From the NCBI GenBank assembly GCA_017411405.1, contig JAFQQE010000012.1:86161-150160 (forward strand): a DNA stretch of 64,000 nt. Reading direction: 5' to 3'. This document shows positions 19,723 to 29,080 of the stretch, in pieces (position 1 is the first letter of the stretch; each line of letters opens with the position of its first letter). Both the position numbers and the translations under genes were made by a program. The notes under the pieces were generated by a model. The model saw nothing but the letters and a program-made list of their open reading frames with translations. It had not been told where the DNA came from and did no database searches. The DNA comes from Bacilli bacterium. Its GTDB lineage: Bacteria; Bacillota_I; Bacilli_A; RF39; UBA660.

Positions 19723-20613
19723 ATGAATAATGTAGTGGATATGGTTAAATATTATATAGTACATAAAAATGCTGATAATAGTGTTATAGAATATTTAAAA
19801 AATAAAATAGATAAATGTGAAATTAAAGATCTAATTGTTGTACAGGTTGAATTATTATTTACTGATCCTTGTGATAATGTAGTTAGCGAATTAGTTAATT
19901 ATATAAATAATAAAATAAATATAATATTAAAAGATATTAAGTTGTCTTCTTTAGTTAATTTAATATGTGATTTACATAATAAAGTAGATGATTTGTTAGA
20001 TTTAAATAAAGAATTAGAAAATAATAATGATACTATGTTTTCTAATATAAAACTTAAAAATTTTAATAATGATATAAGTGATACTGATAATGCTTCTATT
20101 TTAATTAATGAAATTCAAAATAATAAATTTATTATTAGTAGAAATAATAGTGTAATTAGTTCTATTAATATTTGGTTAAATAATTTGTCTAATAGTTTTA
20201 ATAAGAGAGTAGATAATGTAAATATTAAAGAATTATTAGTTAGTTATATAGATTTATTATCTTTAATTAATAAAGATGAGTTTATAAATAACTATATTAA
20301 TAAAATATCTAATAATATTGATAAATTATTATTAAATAGTAATTTGTTAGAGACTATAACTAATATAATACCAGAGATAGATAAAATATATAAAGATAAT
20401 TATGAAGAAAAAAATAATATATATAAATTATTAGATTATTATATTGATTTGGTAGAAATAACTGTAAAGAAAAAAATTAATAATTTAAATTATGAAGAAA
20501 AGATATTATTAAAAGAGAAGATAGAGTTAATAATTGAAGAAATATTAAATAATGATAATCCTGATGATGATTTTAAAGTGTTAGTTATTAATAGTTATTT
20601 AAAATTATTATAA
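19723..20613 (+). CDS. Asn/Ile-rich hypothetical protein
   Basis: 296-aa ORF, GAGGG RBS, TG-TATAAT upstream. Confidence 0.6.
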   Translation: MNNVVDMVKYYIVHKNADNSVIEYLKNKIDKCEIKDLIVVQVELLFTDPCDNVVSELVNYINNKINIILKDIKLSSLVNLICDLHNKVDDLLDLNKELENNNDTMFSNIKLKNFNNDISDTDNASILINEIQNNKFIISRNNSVISSINIWLNNLSNSFNKRVDNVNIKELLVSYIDLLSLINKDEFINNYINKISNNIDKLLLNSNLLETITNIIPEIDKIYKDNYEEKNNIYKLLDYYIDLVEITVKKKINNLNYEEKILLKEKIELIIEEILNNDNPDDDFKVLVINSYLKLL

Positions 20614-20647
20614 TAAACAAAATATAATATTGTGCATATAATTAAGT

Positions 20648-20863
20648 ATGAAGACAATAAAATTAAATGAATTTACTCATGATGGAGAATTAATTAATTT
20701 AGAGACTGATTATATGCCATATGAAAAACTTTTATATAATCCTTCTTTGTATTTAGATAAGAATAAGAAATATTATTTTTATTGTAAGAATGGTGTTAAA
20801 AGTAAAAAGGTAGTAAGTATATTGGAAATATATGGGTATGATGTTACAAGAGTTATTAATTAG
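20648..20863 (+). CDS. small rhodanese-like protein
   Basis: YFYCKNGVKS..V..L...GY.V resembles the rhodanese active-site loop. Confidence 0.6.
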   Translation: MKTIKLNEFTHDGELINLETDYMPYEKLLYNPSLYLDKNKKYYFYCKNGVKSKKVVSILEIYGYDVTRVIN

Positions 20864-20909
20864 CTCTTTTTTTTATTTATTAATTGTTATATAATTAATT
20901 TGTGATTAT

Positions 20910-21488
20910 ATGAAAGATTTAGATATATTATTAACTAATTTATTAATGAGTATTGGTGTATGGGGGTATATTTTATCTTGTTTATGTATAATAATTGAGT
21001 CTATAATTCCTATACTTCCTTTAAGTGTATTTATAACTTTATTATTTTATAAATTTGGTGTATTTATTGGTTTTATAATTAGTTATATTTTTACTATTAT
21101 TGGTTGTATTGTTTCGTATAATATATTTAATAGTAAATTAAGAATAAAATTAGATAATTATATAATTAGAAAAGATAGTAAAAATCTTGATAAGATAGTT
21201 AAGAATATAAGAAATGTAAAGTTTGTAAATTTATCTTTATTGATAGCGTTACCTTTTACTCCTGCGTTTTTAATTAATATAGCGTGTGGTTTGGCGAATG
21301 TTAGTAAGAAAAAATATTTTTTAGCTTTAGTTATTGGTAAAGTATTTTTAGTAATATTTTGGGGATTAGTTGGTACAAGTGTTATAACTAGTATTAAAAA
21401 TCCTATTAATTTAATTTATATAGGATTATTATTGATATTATGTTTTTTAATAAGTCGATTTGTTAGTAAGAAAGAAGGTATAGAATGA
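20910..21488 (+). CDS. TVP38/TMEM64 (DedA/VTT) family membrane protein
   Basis: ESIIPILP, LPFTPAFLINIACG motifs. Confidence 0.88.
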   Translation: MKDLDILLTNLLMSIGVWGYILSCLCIIIESIIPILPLSVFITLLFYKFGVFIGFIISYIFTIIGCIVSYNIFNSKLRIKLDNYIIRKDSKNLDKIVKNIRNVKFVNLSLLIALPFTPAFLINIACGLANVSKKKYFLALVIGKVFLVIFWGLVGTSVITSIKNPINLIYIGLLLILCFLISRFVSKKEGIE

Positions 21489-22552
21489 TATATGTAGTTA
21501 TTGGATTATTGGTAGTTAGTATAGTATTAAATATTATATTATTATTTAAAAAGAATAATAATGATACTATAGAAAGATTAGGTAAGTTAGAAACTGATTT
21601 GACTAAAGAATTGGGTGAGTTTAAATTTAATTTTAGTAGAACTATAAATGAAGATTTTACTAAGTTAAATGAAACTATTATAAATAGATTAAATATTATA
21701 AATGATAAAGTAAATGAAAGATTAGATGTTAATTTTGAAAAGACTAATAAGACTTTTACAAATATTTTAGAAAGATTATCTAAGATAGATGAAGCTCAAA
21801 AGAAGATAGACAGTTTAAGTGGTGAGATAGTTAGTTTACAATCAGTACTTACAGATAAAAAGACTAGGGGTATATTTGGGGAAACTAATTTAAATTATAT
21901 ATTAGATAGTATTTTTGGTAAGAATGATAAAATATATCAGACTCAATATAGTTTAGGGAATGGATTTATTAGTGATGCTATATTATTTGCTCCAGAGCCA
22001 TTGGGAACTATTTGTATAGATAGTAAATTTCCTTTGGAAAATTATAGAAGAATGACAGATAAAAATTTAAGTAGTATAGAAAGAGATAATGCTACTAAAT
22101 TATTTAAAGCGGATGTAAAGAAACATATTGATGCTATAAGACAAAAATATATTGTTCCAGGTGTTACTAGTAGTGAAGCAATAATGTTTTTGCCTGCTGA
22201 AGCAATATTTGCTGAAATAAATGCATATCACTCTGATTTAGTAGAATATAGTTATAAATCTAAAGTATGGATATGTGGTCCTACAACTTTAATGAGTACA
22301 TTAACTATAATTAGTATGATATTAAAGAATATGGAAAGAGATAAGTATGCTAAAGTTATACATAATGAGTTAAATAAATTAGGTATAGAGTTTGATAGAT
22401 ATAAAGATCGTTGGGATAAGTTATCAAGAAGTATAGACACTGTATCAAAAGATGTAAAAGATATACATACTACAACTGAAAAAATTACTAAGAGATTTGA
22501 TGCTATAAATAATGTAAGTGTAGAGAAAAATTTATTAGAGAATAATGAGTAG
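21485..22552 (+). CDS. rmuC: DNA recombination protein RmuC
   Basis: K.RG.FGE..L, IDSKFP, KKHID.I..KYI, MFLPAEAIF. Confidence 0.93.
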   Translation: MIYVVIGLLVVSIVLNIILLFKKNNNDTIERLGKLETDLTKELGEFKFNFSRTINEDFTKLNETIINRLNIINDKVNERLDVNFEKTNKTFTNILERLSKIDEAQKKIDSLSGEIVSLQSVLTDKKTRGIFGETNLNYILDSIFGKNDKIYQTQYSLGNGFISDAILFAPEPLGTICIDSKFPLENYRRMTDKNLSSIERDNATKLFKADVKKHIDAIRQKYIVPGVTSSEAIMFLPAEAIFAEINAYHSDLVEYSYKSKVWICGPTTLMSTLTIISMILKNMERDKYAKVIHNELNKLGIEFDRYKDRWDKLSRSIDTVSKDVKDIHTTTEKITKRFDAINNVSVEKNLLENNE

Positions 22553-22579
22553 TTAAACTTACCCAATAAAATGGTTTCA

Positions 22580-22612
22580 GTACTTAATCGTTAGATTGAG
22601 TACTATTTTTTT
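22580..22612 (+). terminator. hairpin terminator between rmuC and a convergent small ORF
   Basis: AGTACTTAATC-GTTA-GATTGAGTACT followed by a T-tract. Confidence 0.75.
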
Positions 22613-22692
22613 ATACATAGAATCATTAAAGAGACTACTAATAAAATGATAATTAATATTAGAAATGAGATTAGTAAATCTTTTTTCTTCAT
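22603..22692 (-). CDS. 29-aa hydrophobic peptide, type I toxin-like (MKKKDLLISFLILIIILLVVSLMILCIKK)
   Basis: AGGAGG RBS; promoter TTGTAA-17-CATAAT at 22784-22756; absent from the ORF track. Confidence 0.65.
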   Translation of the reverse strand: MKKKDLLISFLILIIILLVVSLMILCIKK

Positions 22693-22921
22693 AATATCAA
22701 GCCTCCTCTTAAAGAAAGCAGGCAAGTACTCAACGGTTAGTATTTCCTAATAATCATTATGAAAAAAAATATCTATTATTACAACAATCTATTGTATAAA
22801 AATATATATATATATATTATTAGTAAATGACAAATGCTATTTTACATCTAAGTTGTAAATCAAATATATTATTATTTTATTAATTATATATAGTTTGATA
22901 TAATAGTTTTAACAAGAGGAA

Positions 22922-23419
22922 GTGTTGAAGTTGAAAGATATATTAGAAAATATTTTTGGATTTTTATATACATTGAGTATGGGCGATTATATATTTTTTA
23001 TGTTAGCTTTTATATTATTATTAGGTGTAGTATATATGATCTATTTAATAAAAAAGGAAGATGAGAAAGTGGAAACATATTATAAGGAAGAAAATTCTGA
23101 TTATTTAGAAAGTATTAAAGAGAAGATAGAAAAAGAGTATAAACCTACTACAATTAAATTAACTGAATATGAAGAAGAACAAGAAAAGAACGCTATTATT
23201 AGCTATGACGAATTAGTGAAAAATAAGGATAGCTATACTATTTCTTATGATGATGAATATGTTTCTAATAGTGAAATAAATGTAAAGAAGATATCAAGTG
23301 ATAACACTGGTGTAAAAAGTGATAATAATGAAACTTTACAAGTTAAATTAATGAATTATGATAAAGAAGAGGCTTTTTTAACTGCCTTAAAACAATTACA
23401 ACAAAATTTATCAAATTAA
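22922..23419 (+). CDS. hypothetical membrane-anchored protein
   Basis: N-terminal TM; YEEEQEKNAIISYDEL and FLTALKQL segments. Confidence 0.7.
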   Translation: MLKLKDILENIFGFLYTLSMGDYIFFMLAFILLLGVVYMIYLIKKEDEKVETYYKEENSDYLESIKEKIEKEYKPTTIKLTEYEEEQEKNAIISYDELVKNKDSYTISYDDEYVSNSEINVKKISSDNTGVKSDNNETLQVKLMNYDKEEAFLTALKQLQQNLSN

Positions 23420-23474
23420 TACTTTAAATAAGTATTTTTTTTTGATATAATTAAATAGATTAGAGGGTGTTATT

Positions 23475-25460
23475 ATGAATAATACAAAAAAGATGTTAAT
23501 AGTAAGTATAGTAGTTATTGTTTTAGTAACTTGTATATCGTTAGTATCTTATGGTTATGTATACACTAAATCTTTTGGAAATAGTGAAGTAAAAAATACT
23601 ACTTTTATTAGTCAAACATTAAAAGTACTATATAGTGATGGAAGTGAATCTATTACAAGTGATTATGGTAATAATTTTGTACCTGGTTCTATTATTAATA
23701 AAACATTCACTTTAACTAATATTGGAAATAATGATGTTTCTTATTCTATTAATATAAGTGAAGTAATAAATTCATTTACTAGAAAAGATGATATAGTGTA
23801 TGAGGTAAGTGAAAGTGGTACTGTAATAGGCTCTGGAACTTTTCCTAGTAGTGATGAAACGTTGGTATTAGGTGATAGTTTAAATCAAGGGCAATCAAAG
23901 ACTTATACATTAATTATTAGTTATTTAAATACTGAGGATAATCAAATTGTTGATAGTGGAGCTACAATAGGTGGTAAAATTACTTTTGGAGAAAGATCAA
24001 ATTCTTTATATAAATTGAATATATATGGAAATAGTAAACAAGATGGAACACCAAGTCCAACTAATCCTCTTGAAGTTCTTAGTTTGGGGACTAAGACTAA
24101 CAATTTATTTGATTTGAATATATTAAATAACACACTTTATGAAGTTAACAATGATAAAGTTAAAATTCTTAAAAGTAATACCGTAGGTTGGGCTGAGTTA
24201 GAATCTTTAAATTTAAAACCAAATACTAAATACATTTTAAGTGTTGAAAATGCAATGGATATAGATATAAGGACAAATGATTATAATGTGAAATTGTTTA
24301 AAAAGGATAATACTAATACAGCTGTTTTTACGACTGATGATACAGGAGTAACTTGTTTTAAATTTTTTAGTCCTGATGATTCTTATCCTTTTGAGATCGG
24401 GTATATTCAATTGAATGAAGGAGAAACGGCAACTAATTATGAGCCTTTTGGTAAATATGAAATTCCTATATCAGTAGAAAGTGGAAAGAATTTATTTGAT
24501 ATTAATTCAACTAAATTAGCTTTAATGAATGTTCATGCTGAGAATCGTGCTCCAAAGATAGAAAATAATATAATATATAGTGGTGGTAAAACTGGCTCAT
24601 CTGAAGGAGCAACTCTTTATATTAATACTTTAGGTAATGATTCAACGACTATATCTTTTGATGCTGATTATAATGATTCGGAAACAACACATTATTATAG
24701 AATTTATTTGTTCAATGATATTGATGAAAATGGTCTAATTATAGACGTTAATAGAGGTACAATTTTTTCAGTTAGTAAGGAAAACAAGAATGTAGTGACT
24801 GTCGATACTAGAGGGTATAAATATGTTGGAATTGTTTTTTGGAGTACTAATCAATATGGAATGGCTATTTCTAATCTTCAATTTGAAAAAGGGGATAAGG
24901 CAACTAATTATGAACCATATAAATATTCTTATGTTAAAAGTATTTATTTAGATGAGCCTTTAAGAAGTGTTGGAACTTGTGATACTTGTTCTGATTATAT
25001 TGATTTAGTTAATGGTAAGGTGGTAAGAAATATAACTAAACAGTATTTAAAAGATTTTGGATATATATTACAAAATGTTGCTGTAACTGGAGGATATAGA
25101 GCGGGATATTTTTCTCCAACTCCTAGTATTATTTCCATGAAAAAAGGAATTGCGCTTGGTGGATTTAGTAATGTTTTGCCAGCAAATGATGGAGCATGGG
25201 GCTCTTTAAATAGTGAAAATATTAGGTTTGGGCAAAATAATACAGTGTTATATATTTATACGACTAATACTTATGCAACAAAAGCTGATTTACTTAATTA
25301 TTTAGGTAATGGTGATTCTACTGTTCCTTATGTAGTGTATCAATTAAATAATCCAGTATATGAAACTATAGAGTCCATTGATTCTAGTGATTTTGTTGGG
25401 AAAACTGTAGTAGTATGTGATAAAGAAGGAATTTGTGCTAGTAGAGTTGATCAAATTTAA
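23475..25460 (+). CDS. secreted/surface protein: TasA/SipW-like N-terminus plus phage-tail-like repeats
   Basis: Signal ending SYGY; two NLFD...Q.E.G..ATNYEP modules; GNSKQDGTPSPTNP. Confidence 0.65.
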   Translation: MNNTKKMLIVSIVVIVLVTCISLVSYGYVYTKSFGNSEVKNTTFISQTLKVLYSDGSESITSDYGNNFVPGSIINKTFTLTNIGNNDVSYSINISEVINSFTRKDDIVYEVSESGTVIGSGTFPSSDETLVLGDSLNQGQSKTYTLIISYLNTEDNQIVDSGATIGGKITFGERSNSLYKLNIYGNSKQDGTPSPTNPLEVLSLGTKTNNLFDLNILNNTLYEVNNDKVKILKSNTVGWAELESLNLKPNTKYILSVENAMDIDIRTNDYNVKLFKKDNTNTAVFTTDDTGVTCFKFFSPDDSYPFEIGYIQLNEGETATNYEPFGKYEIPISVESGKNLFDINSTKLALMNVHAENRAPKIENNIIYSGGKTGSSEGATLYINTLGNDSTTISFDADYNDSETTHYYRIYLFNDIDENGLIIDVNRGTIFSVSKENKNVVTVDTRGYKYVGIVFWSTNQYGMAISNLQFEKGDKATNYEPYKYSYVKSIYLDEPLRSVGTCDTCSDYIDLVNGKVVRNITKQYLKDFGYILQNVAVTGGYRAGYFSPTPSIISMKKGIALGGFSNVLPANDGAWGSLNSENIRFGQNNTVLYIYTTNTYATKADLLNYLGNGDSTVPYVVYQLNNPVYETIESIDSSDFVGKTVVVCDKEGICASRVDQI

Positions 25461-25528
25461 TGTAAAGTTTTATAAAAGCAGTTAAAAAAAACTGCTTTTT
25501 ATTATATAATCTTATTAGAGGTGGATAT

Positions 25529-26605
25529 ATGAAAGTTATAATTACTGCTGGAGGTACTGGGGGGCATATTTATCCTGCGTTAGCGATTGTAAATAAAATA
25601 AAAGAGTTAGAACCTAATAGTGAATTTATATATATTGGTACACATAATAGAATGGAAAAGGATATTGTTCCTAAACATAATTTAGAATATGTTGGATTAG
25701 AAATATATGGTTTATCTAAGAAAAATATATTTAGAAATGTTAAAAATGTTTTTTTAATTAGTAAGGCTATAAATAAATGTAAAAAAATTATGAAAGATTT
25801 TAAACCTGATATAGTTATTGGTGTAGGTGGATATGTTACTTATCCTGTTATTTTTGCTGCACATAGTTTAGGTATTAAGACATTTATTCATGAACAAAAT
25901 AGTATACCTGGTAAATCTAATAGGGCATTAGAAAAATATGTGGATTTGATTGGCGTAAGTTTTAAAGATAGTGAAAAATACTTTAAAGATAGAAGTAAAG
26001 TTCATTTTACTGGTAATCCTTGTAGTGAAAATGCTTTAGATATAAGAAAGATTAGTAAAACTAAGTTTGGTGTTGATGCTTATAGAAAATTAGTGTTAGT
26101 AGTAAGCGGTAGTTTAGGATCAAGTGTAGTTAATGAAAAAATGAAAGATTTTTTACTTGATAGTGGTGATAAAGATTATGACATAATATATATTACTGGT
26201 AAAAGTCATTACGAATCTTTTAATAGTAATTCTTTTCCAAGTAATGTACATATATATCCTTTTATTGAGAATTTAAGTGGGTTACTTAAAGATGCTGATG
26301 TTGTTGTCAGTCGAGCTGGTGCTAGTTCTTTAAGCGAAATTATTGCTTTATCTATACCAAGCATTATTATTCCTAGTCCTTATGTTGCTAATAATCATCA
26401 ATATTATAATGCATTAAGTTTAAAAAATAGTGAAGCTTGTATAATGTTAGAAGAAAAAGATTTAAATAGCAAAGTATTAAGTGAGAGTATCGATAAATGT
26501 TTAGATCAAAAGTATAGAGAAAAGTTAAAAAGTAATATGAAATCATTTAGTATAAAAAATAGTAGTACTAGAATATATGAATTAATTAAAGATATAATAA
26601 AGTAG
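25529..26605 (+). CDS. murG: MurG N-acetylglucosaminyl transferase
   Basis: GGTGGHIYPA, HEQN, GSLG, SRAGAS. Confidence 0.97.
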   Translation: MKVIITAGGTGGHIYPALAIVNKIKELEPNSEFIYIGTHNRMEKDIVPKHNLEYVGLEIYGLSKKNIFRNVKNVFLISKAINKCKKIMKDFKPDIVIGVGGYVTYPVIFAAHSLGIKTFIHEQNSIPGKSNRALEKYVDLIGVSFKDSEKYFKDRSKVHFTGNPCSENALDIRKISKTKFGVDAYRKLVLVVSGSLGSSVVNEKMKDFLLDSGDKDYDIIYITGKSHYESFNSNSFPSNVHIYPFIENLSGLLKDADVVVSRAGASSLSEIIALSIPSIIIPSPYVANNHQYYNALSLKNSEACIMLEEKDLNSKVLSESIDKCLDQKYREKLKSNMKSFSIKNSSTRIYELIKDIIK

Positions 26606-26612
26606 GTTTTAT

Positions 26613-27326
26613 ATGAAGAAGAAAGTTAGAAAAAGATTAAATATAAAAAGAACTATAGTTTTTTTGTTATTTATTTATATTATAGGTTATCTTGTATATT
26701 TTATGTTGAATCAACCTATTAAGCATATTGAAATAAGTGGTAATAGTAGAGTAAGTGATAATGAGATATTGCGTATTAGTAAGTTAGAAAATTATCCATC
26801 TATATTTAAATATAGAACTAGTACTATTGAAAAGAGAATAAAAACTATAGAATTAGTTAATGAAGTTAAAGTGAAAAAATGGTTTGGTTTTAAAGTTATT
26901 ATAGAAGTTGATGAGAATGAATTGTTATTTTATTATAAAAATACTGATAATATTGCTATAAGTAGTGGAAATATTATAAAAAATAATTATAATAATGTTT
27001 ATGGATTACCAATATTATTAAATGATGTAGATAAAGATTTATTAAAAAAGTTTATTATTTCTTTTGGTAACATTAAAACTAATATTATTTCTGAGATGAA
27101 TACTATAGAATATAAGCCTTTATATAATAGTGAAAATGTTGTTATTAGTGATAATAGATTTGTTATTTTAATGAATGATGGTAATACTATTGAAGTTAAT
27201 ACTAATTCTTTAAGTGTATTAAATAAATATAATGATATTTATGCTTCTTTAGATGGCAAGAAGGGGACAATTAGTTTAGATACTAATAAATTAAGTAGTT
27301 TGGTATTTATACCTTATGAGGAGTAG
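26613..27326 (+). CDS. divIB: cell division protein FtsQ/DivIB
   Basis: Basic N-terminus, TM, POTRA-like I.ISGN; follows murG. Confidence 0.8.
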   Translation: MKKKVRKRLNIKRTIVFLLFIYIIGYLVYFMLNQPIKHIEISGNSRVSDNEILRISKLENYPSIFKYRTSTIEKRIKTIELVNEVKVKKWFGFKVIIEVDENELLFYYKNTDNIAISSGNIIKNNYNNVYGLPILLNDVDKDLLKKFIISFGNIKTNIISEMNTIEYKPLYNSENVVISDNRFVILMNDGNTIEVNTNSLSVLNKYNDIYASLDGKKGTISLDTNKLSSLVFIPYEE

Positions 27327-27331
27327 TTTTT

Positions 27332-27925
27332 ATGAATTATGATAAAGAAATGAATAAAATAATAGAAAGTTTAGATCATAAACCTAAATTATTATTACAT
27401 TCTTGTTGTGCACCTTGTTCGACAACAGTTATAGAAAGATTAATTTCATATTTTGATATTACTATATTATATTATAATCCTAATATAGAACCTATTAGTG
27501 AATATGAATTAAGGAAAGGTGAACAAAAAAGAATAGTTAAAGAATATGGTATTAATTTTTTAGATTGTGATTATGATAATGAACTTTTTAACAATATGTC
27601 TAAAGGGTTAGAATTAGTTCCCGAAAGAGGAATAAGATGTCATAAGTGTTATAGATTAAGACTCGATTATACTGCTAAAAAAGCTAAAGAAAATAATTTT
27701 GAATTTTTTGGAACAACTTTAACTGTTAGTCCATATAAATTAAGTAATGTTATTAATGAAATTGGTTTAGAATTGGAAACTATGTATGATATTAAATTTT
27801 TAGTTAGTGATTTTAAGAAAAATGAAGGGTATAAAAGAAGTATAGAACTATCTAGAAAATATAATTTGTATAGGCAAAATTATTGTGGTTGTAAATTTTC
27901 AAAAGTAGGTGATATCAATGAATAA
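27332..27925 (+). CDS. queH: epoxyqueuosine reductase QueH
   Basis: LHSCCAPCS, YNPNI, RCHKCY..RL, YRQNYCGC. Confidence 0.92.
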   Translation: MNYDKEMNKIIESLDHKPKLLLHSCCAPCSTTVIERLISYFDITILYYNPNIEPISEYELRKGEQKRIVKEYGINFLDCDYDNELFNNMSKGLELVPERGIRCHKCYRLRLDYTAKKAKENNFEFFGTTLTVSPYKLSNVINEIGLELETMYDIKFLVSDFKKNEGYKRSIELSRKYNLYRQNYCGCKFSKVGDINE

Positions 27926-29063
27926 GAAAGGATTTACATTGGTAGAATTATTAAGTGTCGTTATTATACTTAGTATATTGATTGTAGTAGTTGCTACTAA
28001 TGGATTTGGATTATTTAATAAAGCTAAAGAAAAAATTAATGAACAAGAAATAAATAATATTAAAGAATCAATAAGTATATTATTAACTGAAATAGATCAT
28101 TGTGAGGATGATACTAAAGATTATGAAACTTTAAAAAAATATTTTAATAATATTGGTACAGTTAATAGTTGTGATAGTTTGAAATCTACTTTGAAATCTA
28201 CTGTAAGTAGAGTAGTATTATTAAATATGGAAGAATTGCTAGAAGATAAATATATAGATGATAAAATATATAATAGTATTGGTACTATTATATTGCCTTT
28301 TGATTCTATTGATAATGATGTTTTAAATTTGCATATTATTGAAAAAAAAATATTAGAATATGAGAATGTAGAAAAGATAAAAGAATGTAGTAGTGATTTT
28401 CCAGATGATGTATATGGTGATATAAATTTTGATGGCGATATTAATGTTAGCGATGCTGTGATGATACAAAATTTTGCCAAGGCGAGTAATGAATTAAGTG
28501 ATATACAAAAAGTATTAGTTGATGTAAATAATGATAAAGAAATAACTCTTGAAGATGCTGTAGTGTTACAACGTTATTTATTGATGCCTGAAATTTTTCC
28601 TATAGATAAATATTATGATAAAGAAAGTATCAAGGAATATATGTATGGTGATATTAATGTTGATGGTAACGTTGATGATGAAGATCTAGATAAATTAACG
28701 GATTATTTAAAAAAATATATTAATCCTTTACAACAAATATTATCTGATGTAGATAATGATGGAAGTATAACGGAGTATGATGGTGTATTATTATTTAGAT
28801 ATTCTATGAATATAAATGAATGTGATATTTGTGAGAAAATATATGCTATTGATAATACTTTTGGGTGTGGTGATATAAATGGAGATGAAAATTTTGATGA
28901 AAATGATATAATAATGTTAGAAGATTATTTAAATAATAAAGATACTTATAAATTTTATTTGCTTTCACTTAATCAACAAAGAAGAGCAGACATAAATGGG
29001 GATGGAAAAGTAGATATTTCTGATTTATATATTTTAAATGAATATTTGGATAAACAAAAATAA
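27918..29063 (+). CDS. type IV prepilin-like protein with three dockerin modules
   Basis: MNKKG/FTLVELL class III signal; six D(I/V)N.D(G) calcium-binding repeats arranged in three pairs. Confidence 0.85.
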   Translation: MNKKGFTLVELLSVVIILSILIVVVATNGFGLFNKAKEKINEQEINNIKESISILLTEIDHCEDDTKDYETLKKYFNNIGTVNSCDSLKSTLKSTVSRVVLLNMEELLEDKYIDDKIYNSIGTIILPFDSIDNDVLNLHIIEKKILEYENVEKIKECSSDFPDDVYGDINFDGDINVSDAVMIQNFAKASNELSDIQKVLVDVNNDKEITLEDAVVLQRYLLMPEIFPIDKYYDKESIKEYMYGDINVDGNVDDEDLDKLTDYLKKYINPLQQILSDVDNDGSITEYDGVLLFRYSMNINECDICEKIYAIDNTFGCGDINGDENFDENDIIMLEDYLNNKDTYKFYLLSLNQQRRADINGDGKVDISDLYILNEYLDKQK

Positions 29064-29080
29064 ATGGGTGATTGTGTTAT

